From: Octopus vulgaris
Taxonomy: Eukaryota
DNA: 64,000 nt
Assembly (NCBI GenBank): GCA_951406725.2
Contig: OX597825.1
Span: 77,190,001 to 77,254,000 of the forward strand
Reading direction: 5' to 3'
Made by a program: the position numbers and the translations under genes. The notes beneath the pieces are model-generated. The model did not search any database. It saw only the letters and a list, made by a program, of their open reading frames with translations, and was not told where the DNA came from. Below are positions 57,621 through 64,000 of this stretch, in pieces; position 1 is the first letter of the stretch; every line of letters starts with the position of its first letter.

Positions 57621-57812
57621 GTACATACACACACGCTTATATGTACAGGTAAGCGTATATATGTACATATATACATAAATACATATATCTATATAAATGT
57701 AAACATGTATATATATATATATATATATATATATGTCACTGTGTATCTGTGTATCTATCTATCTCTTTATCTATCACTCTCTCTGTCTGTCTCTCTTTAT
57801 ATATATATGTAT

Positions 57813-57843
<31 letters not shown>

Positions 57844-58513
57844 CACATATATACATATATATGTATATAAGTATATATGCTTTTCTTTGTGCATGCGTAT
57901 AAGCATTTGCAGGAATCCGTGCATTCGTTTACCTGTAACAAAATATGTGTTTGTATGAATGAATATACGTGTGTGTGTGTATATTTATGTACGCATGAAT
58001 GCACATACGCGTGTTTAGCTTTGTACGTATATATGGATATATGTAGACATATATGCTCGCGTGTATGTGTGTGCATGTGTGTATTTATGTTGGTATGCGT
58101 GGTGTGTATGTGTGTGTTTGTGTGTGTGTGTGTATACTGGCATAAATATAATTTGTATATGAATTATTGCTGAGAAGCCTTCCTTCTGCCCTATGTTTTC
58201 ACCTACTTCGCTCTATCTTTCTCTCGCACTCTCTCTTTCTCTCACCCATTTACCCGACCCCACCGTGTCCCACTTTTTGTTACCTAATCTCTTTACCTAC
58301 CTACCTACTTTTCCTCCCTACCTACCTTTCCTCCCCACCTTCCTACATACCCACCTCCCTACCTGTCTGTCTGGCTGGCTGTGTGTCTGTCTGTCTGTCT
58401 ATCTATCTATCATTCTCTCTCTCTGTCTCACTATATATATATATAGAGAGAAATTTGTTTATTTATATTTATCTATCTACCTGTCTGACTTCGGTCTATT
58501 TATAAATGTATCA

Positions 58514-58608
<95 letters not shown>

Positions 58609-58609
58609 A

Positions 58610-58720
<111 letters not shown>

Positions 58721-59347
58721 CGTGTGTGTGTGTGTGCGTGTGTGTGTTTGTTAATTTTTTATATCTATCTGTCTGTCTGCCTTCGGTCTATTTATATATG
58801 TATCAGTCTATCTATCAATTTGTTTCACCGGTTAACCATTCATCAACCTCTCCATCTTCATCCATCCATCCATCCATCCATCCATACGTACATCATTACA
58901 TGCATACATATATTCATAAGTACATACGTAGAAACACATATGTATACATCAATACGTACACATGTACATACACACACACATACACACACACATATGTACA
59001 TATTATGTACGCACATACACATATACATAAATATACATAAATACACATGCCCGATCCCTCAACATGCTAGACATCATAGCTAAATCCACGTTACTGTCTC
59101 AAAAGGGACCGACGCAAATTAAAAAGAAAACTTTTTATTAAAAAGATTACTCAAAGTGAAACGATTGAAGATTACCTGTACTAAACAACAATAACAAAAA
59201 CAACAACAACAACTACAACAACAACAACAACATCAAGACAACACCTTGAAGAACATTAAAACTGTCGACTTCAGCATCTCGTTGAGCTGCGATGTCAACA
59301 GAAACAAACAGACATCCATGGGATACTATGAATGTTTGTTTGTGTTG

Positions 59348-60060
59348 AGTCCTGAGTTCAAATTCCGCCGAAGTCAACTTCGCCTGTCATCATTTCTGGA
59401 TCGATAAAATAGCTACTAGTTGGTCATTGGGGATGGATGGAAATCAACTTTCCCACGACCCCGAATTTGCTGGCGTCGTGCTAAAATTTGAAACCGATAT
59501 TAGACAAGTCAGAAGTGCGTCGATCTGGTAGAGTCGTTAGCACGCCGGGTGGAATGCTTTGCGGCATTTCGTCCCTTCTGAGTTCAAATTCCACAGAAGT
59601 TGACTTTGCCTTTCATTTATTTTCTCGGGGTCGATAAAATTAGTACCAGTTATATACTGAGGACGGTGCACTCGACTGCCCTACTTCACCTAAAATTTCA
59701 AGCCTTCTGCCTATATTCTTTATAGAATATTATAAGAGTCAGTATAAAAATTTGCGACGGAGTAATATAAACGTCTCTTCAAGATTTGAACTCGGTATCT
59801 ATCAATCGCCAGCTGGTCTTCCGTTGTCTCAACGTAATGTTTAACACTATGGTAGGATGTGGGAAGAATTACTTTCGTTGTTTGTACCATAATGAGGCGA
59901 GCTGGCAGAATCGTTAGCAGGCCGGACAAAAATGCTTCGTGGCATTTTGTCCATCTCTACGTTCTAAGTTCAAATTCCGCCGAGGTCGACTTTGTTTTTC
60001 TTCCACATGGGATCGATAAAATCCCTACCAGCTGATCCCTGGGGGGTCGATGTAATCAAG
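59348..60060 (+). mobile_element. Three same-orientation SINE B copies
   Basis: gttcaaattcc...gtc(a/g)actt recurs near 59356, 59582 and 59968. Confidence 0.85.
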
Positions 60061-60375
60061 ACTTATATCTATAGTAGAAGGGACTGTCGTTGCTTGTCCC
60101 AAGTTAAGCCGTGTTCGAGTAGAGTTTATAATCAAAAGCTGTCAGCCAGTTATAATGCAATTTTCCGGTGTTTATAATATTAAGTGAAATACATGTGTGT
60201 GTGTCTGTGTGTGTGTGTTAGGGGTGTATAGATAAACATACTCGTACACATATATACAGTTCTATATGTGTGTGTATATGTATTTCTGTTTATGTACGTA
60301 TAATTACGCATAATTATTTGTGTAGTGTATATATATGTAAACATATATATGTGCGCATATATATATGTGCGCATA

Positions 60376-60609
60376 AAGGAGGTGAGCTGGCAGAAACGTT
60401 AGCACGCCGGGCGAAATGCGTAGCCGTATTTCGTCTGCCGTTACGTTCTGAGTTCAAATTCCGCCGAGGTCGACTTTGCCTTTCATCCTTTCGGGGTCGA
60501 TAAATTAAGTACCAGTTACGCACTGGAGTCGATATAATCGACTTAATCCGTTTGTCTGTCCTTGTTTGTCCCCTCTGTGTTTAGCCCCTCGTGGGTAGTA
60601 AAGAAATAT
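60376..60609 (+). mobile_element. Full-length SINE B (B1 tail) with TSD
   Basis: Near-identical to 21248-21481; TSD atatatatatgtgcgcata at 60357-60375 and 60610-60628. Confidence 0.92.
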
Positions 60610-60885
60610 ATATATATATGTGCGCATATGCATACTTTTCTCTCTCTCTCTCTCTCTCTCTGTATATATATATATATAGTTATGGTATATTCTGTTAAGA
60701 ACATAGCAGAGTAAAGTACAAAGCTCGTCCACCTTCAGATTTCATATTCTGCTATCCAGTAGTAGTATTATACGGACTTCCAGGTTAGCGTTTGGGCATC
60801 TGTCCCGTGTGAAAAGGTAATTGAAGAATCTGGAGTCAACAAGAAGGAGTACTTATTGTTGACTCCAATTTCTTCAATTGCATTC

Positions 60886-60972
<87 letters not shown>

Positions 60973-60974
<2 letters not shown>

Positions 60975-61168
60975 CGTGAGCTGTGTGGTAAGAATATGCT
61001 TCCGAACCTCGAAGTTCCTGGTTCAGTTCGGTCCCACTGCGTGGCACCTTGGACAAGGATCTTCAGTCATAGCCTCGGGCTGACCAACGCCTTGTCGGTG
61101 GATTTGGGATTTGGTACACAGAAACTGAAAGAAGCCCGTCGTGTGTGTATGTGTATGTGTATATGCAT

Positions 61169-61241
<73 letters not shown>

Positions 61242-61510
61242 CATATATATATATACATATATATATATATCTGTGTGTGTGCGGATATATATATATATAT
61301 GTACAGATGTACACATGTGTGAGTGTCTTTGTATCCGTGTTTTCCCCCGACTTCGGCTTTGACAACCGGTATTGGTGTGTTTACGTCCCCATAATGGAGC
61401 GGTTCAGCCAAACGGTTTCTTCAGAATTAGTACCAGGCTAAAGCGAAAAATATTCTGTAGTTGAGTCATTCGATTTAAAATACTTTATGGCGGTGCCCCA
61501 GCATGGCCGC
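60973..61510 (+). mobile_element. SINE A with about 180-bp internal microsatellite
   Basis: Head to gaagcccgtcg, then TA/CA tract, then ttgacaaccg...ggcggtgccccagcatggccgca. Confidence 0.85.
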
Positions 61511-61867
61511 ATGATTTCTTTTTCGACCTGTCCCCGCTTCTCAGAGGGATGGCCATGGGCTTTTGTTAAAAAACAAAACTTATTAAAAAATTTCAGGCAC
61601 CGCCCCCACAAAATATACCACTACCACCACAACCTTTAACATAACCGCTACAAAAACCTCGAACATAGCCACGATCATCATCATCACCGCCACTATAATC
61701 ACCAGCATCGTTATCACCAACACCACCGCCGCCATCATCATCATCACTAGCACCACCATCTATTTCAAACCCCAACATTGCCCAACAGAGATCAACTAAC
61801 AGTACCTACTTATTTTCGTTAGAAGCCATCGTTCAGAGCTATTAGTACAATGTAGGGATAGATAGAT

Positions 61868-62163
61868 ATGTTTCTTTATTAGCCACACAGGGCTGCACAC
61901 AGATAGAACAAATTACAAGGTAGAGCTTTTCTTTTGAAGGTTTAAAAAAAAAAAAAAGGAAGGGGGAGTTTCGATCAAAAGGGATCGTAAAAGGAGAGAA
62001 AGAGGACAAAAAAGGGGGGTTAAAAAAAAAAGGGGGAGAGAAAAAAAAAAAATTGATCAATAGGGATCGTTATCACAGAAATGTCAATATGAAGTGTAAA
62101 GGGGAGGACAGGTGAGGTTTACCCGTGGAAAGAAAAGCCTACGGAAAAGACCACGGTAACCTC
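61868..62163 (-). mobile_element. Probable Tx1-type LINE 3' UTR inserted in (GATA)n
   Basis: T/C-rich minus strand ending gtggctaataaagaaac, like the Tx1 end near 26561-26580; GATA repeats on both flanks. Confidence 0.6.
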
Positions 62164-62542
<379 letters not shown>

Positions 62543-62555
62543 CAAACAAACATAT

Positions 62556-62600
<45 letters not shown>

Positions 62601-63048
62601 AATAGACAGATAGATAGATAGCTACAGAGAGAGAAAGTGAATGAGTGAGAGACAGACAGACAGATAGGTAGATTGACAATAGATTGATAGATACAGAGAT
62701 AGGGCTAGACAGATAGATAATGTATGTATGTATGTATGTATATATGTAGGTAGACAGGTAGGTAGGTAGGTAGGTAGGTAGGTAGGTAAATAGATAGAGA
62801 TAGACAGCTAATCACGAGAGATATGGATGAAAGAAAGAGTCAGAGTAAGACAGAAAGAGAGTGAGAGAGACACCCACAGACAGAGAAGTAGATATAGATA
62901 AATATTGTGTGTGAGAGAAAGAGAGAGTTTATTTGTATGTGTGTGTGTGTGTGTGTGTATGAGTTTGTTATTGTGTATGTGTGTTTGTGTGTGAGTGAAA
63001 CTGTTATCTAACAGAAAGAACGTTTACATCAGCTTTTCTTTGTTTCTC

Positions 63049-63079
<31 letters not shown>

Positions 63080-63181
63080 CTCTTTCCTTCTTTCTCTCCT
63101 CACCTCGATGCTTCTTCTACAACAACCTGTCCTGCCTCAACATCTCTCTTCCTCTTCCTCTCTGTCTTGATCTCTCTCTTT

Positions 63182-63228
<47 letters not shown>

Positions 63229-63561
63229 TTAACCTTTATTTCTCTTACTTTCTCCTACTCTGAACCTCCCTCTCTCTCCCTCTTCCTTTCTTTCATTTCC
63301 ACCCCCATCTCTCTCTTTGTCTTTCACAGTACATTTTCCCCCTCTCACATATATAATCATTCCTTTCCTTCTGTCTATCTCTCTCTCACTCTCACATTCT
63401 CATACACAGTACTTTCTGCCTCTCTTTCTCAATCTCTCTCTCTCTCCCTTTCCGTCTGTCTATTTTTTTCCACACTATTCTGTCTCACTATTTCTTCCTT
63501 TCTCCCTCCTCTCTTTCCCTCCCAATTTCTCTCTATACATACATATATACATATACATACA

Positions 63562-63619
<58 letters not shown>

Positions 63620-63668
63620 TATATATATATGTGTATATACAAACATACGTATATATATATACATACAT

Positions 63669-63690
63669 GTTCTTACTTTTTTCTGACTAG
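63669..63690 (+). promoter_or_regulatory. Candidate 3' splice acceptor
   Basis: Polypyrimidine tract ttcttacttttttctgacTAG|G. Confidence 0.5.
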
Positions 63691-63870
63691 GACGTAAACA
63701 ACCAGAAAAGAAGAGAAGGAAAGAATAAAGAAAACGAACACCGAATAACGGAATAACGACAAACATCGCACACACACACACACACACACGCGCACACACG
63801 CACACGCACACACATACATACAGGCAAGCCCACACAAACACACTAACAGAACAACGCTCGGCGCGGCAAG

Positions 63871-64000
63871 ATGGCCACAGTAGAAAAACAGGAACATCAT
63901 AGATCAACATGTTTCAATGGAACATCGACGGCAGGCAAGATTTTCGGTTATATTTTGGTGTACAGTTTCATGTTGGTGTGTTTGGCTAACCACGATGCTA
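63871..64000 (+). CDS. Candidate first coding exon (partial) of a secreted or membrane protein: MATVEKQEHHRSTCFNGTSTAGKIFGYILVYSFMLVCLANHDA...
   Basis: Strong start context gcaagATGG; in-frame TAA at 63844; no ATG in 63691-63870; open to the window end; hydrophobic IFGYILVYSFMLVCLA; non-repetitive sequence. Confidence 0.6.
   Translation, partial: MATVEKQEHHRSTCFNGTSTAGKIFGYILVYSFMLVCLANHDA

Overview
AT-rich, extremely microsatellite-dense eukaryotic DNA. The SINE repertoire and repeat style suggest an octopus (coleoid cephalopod) genome; this is inference, not database-checked. Almost all ORFs in the track are translations of simple repeats. The real content is: at least four tRNA-headed SINE families (called A-D here); decayed LINE pieces (RTE, Tx1/L1, R4/Dong, CR1-like, Penelope-like); Tc1/mariner relics (two DD37D maT copies, two mariners) and several MITEs; and dispersed repeats with hammerhead-ribozyme-like motifs. 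The only credible host coding sequence is a candidate first coding exon at the right edge (acceptor at 63690, ATG at 63871, signal-peptide-like N-terminus), so much of the window may be upstream or intronic sequence of that gene. The most notable observation is a SINE subfamily with a Tx1-LINE-like 3' tail found twice at the same nucleotide inside the tRNA-like head of related SINE copies. Also notable are the hammerhead-like motifs, one of which is split by a small inversion. All coordinates were read by eye, and boundaries of decayed elements are approximate.
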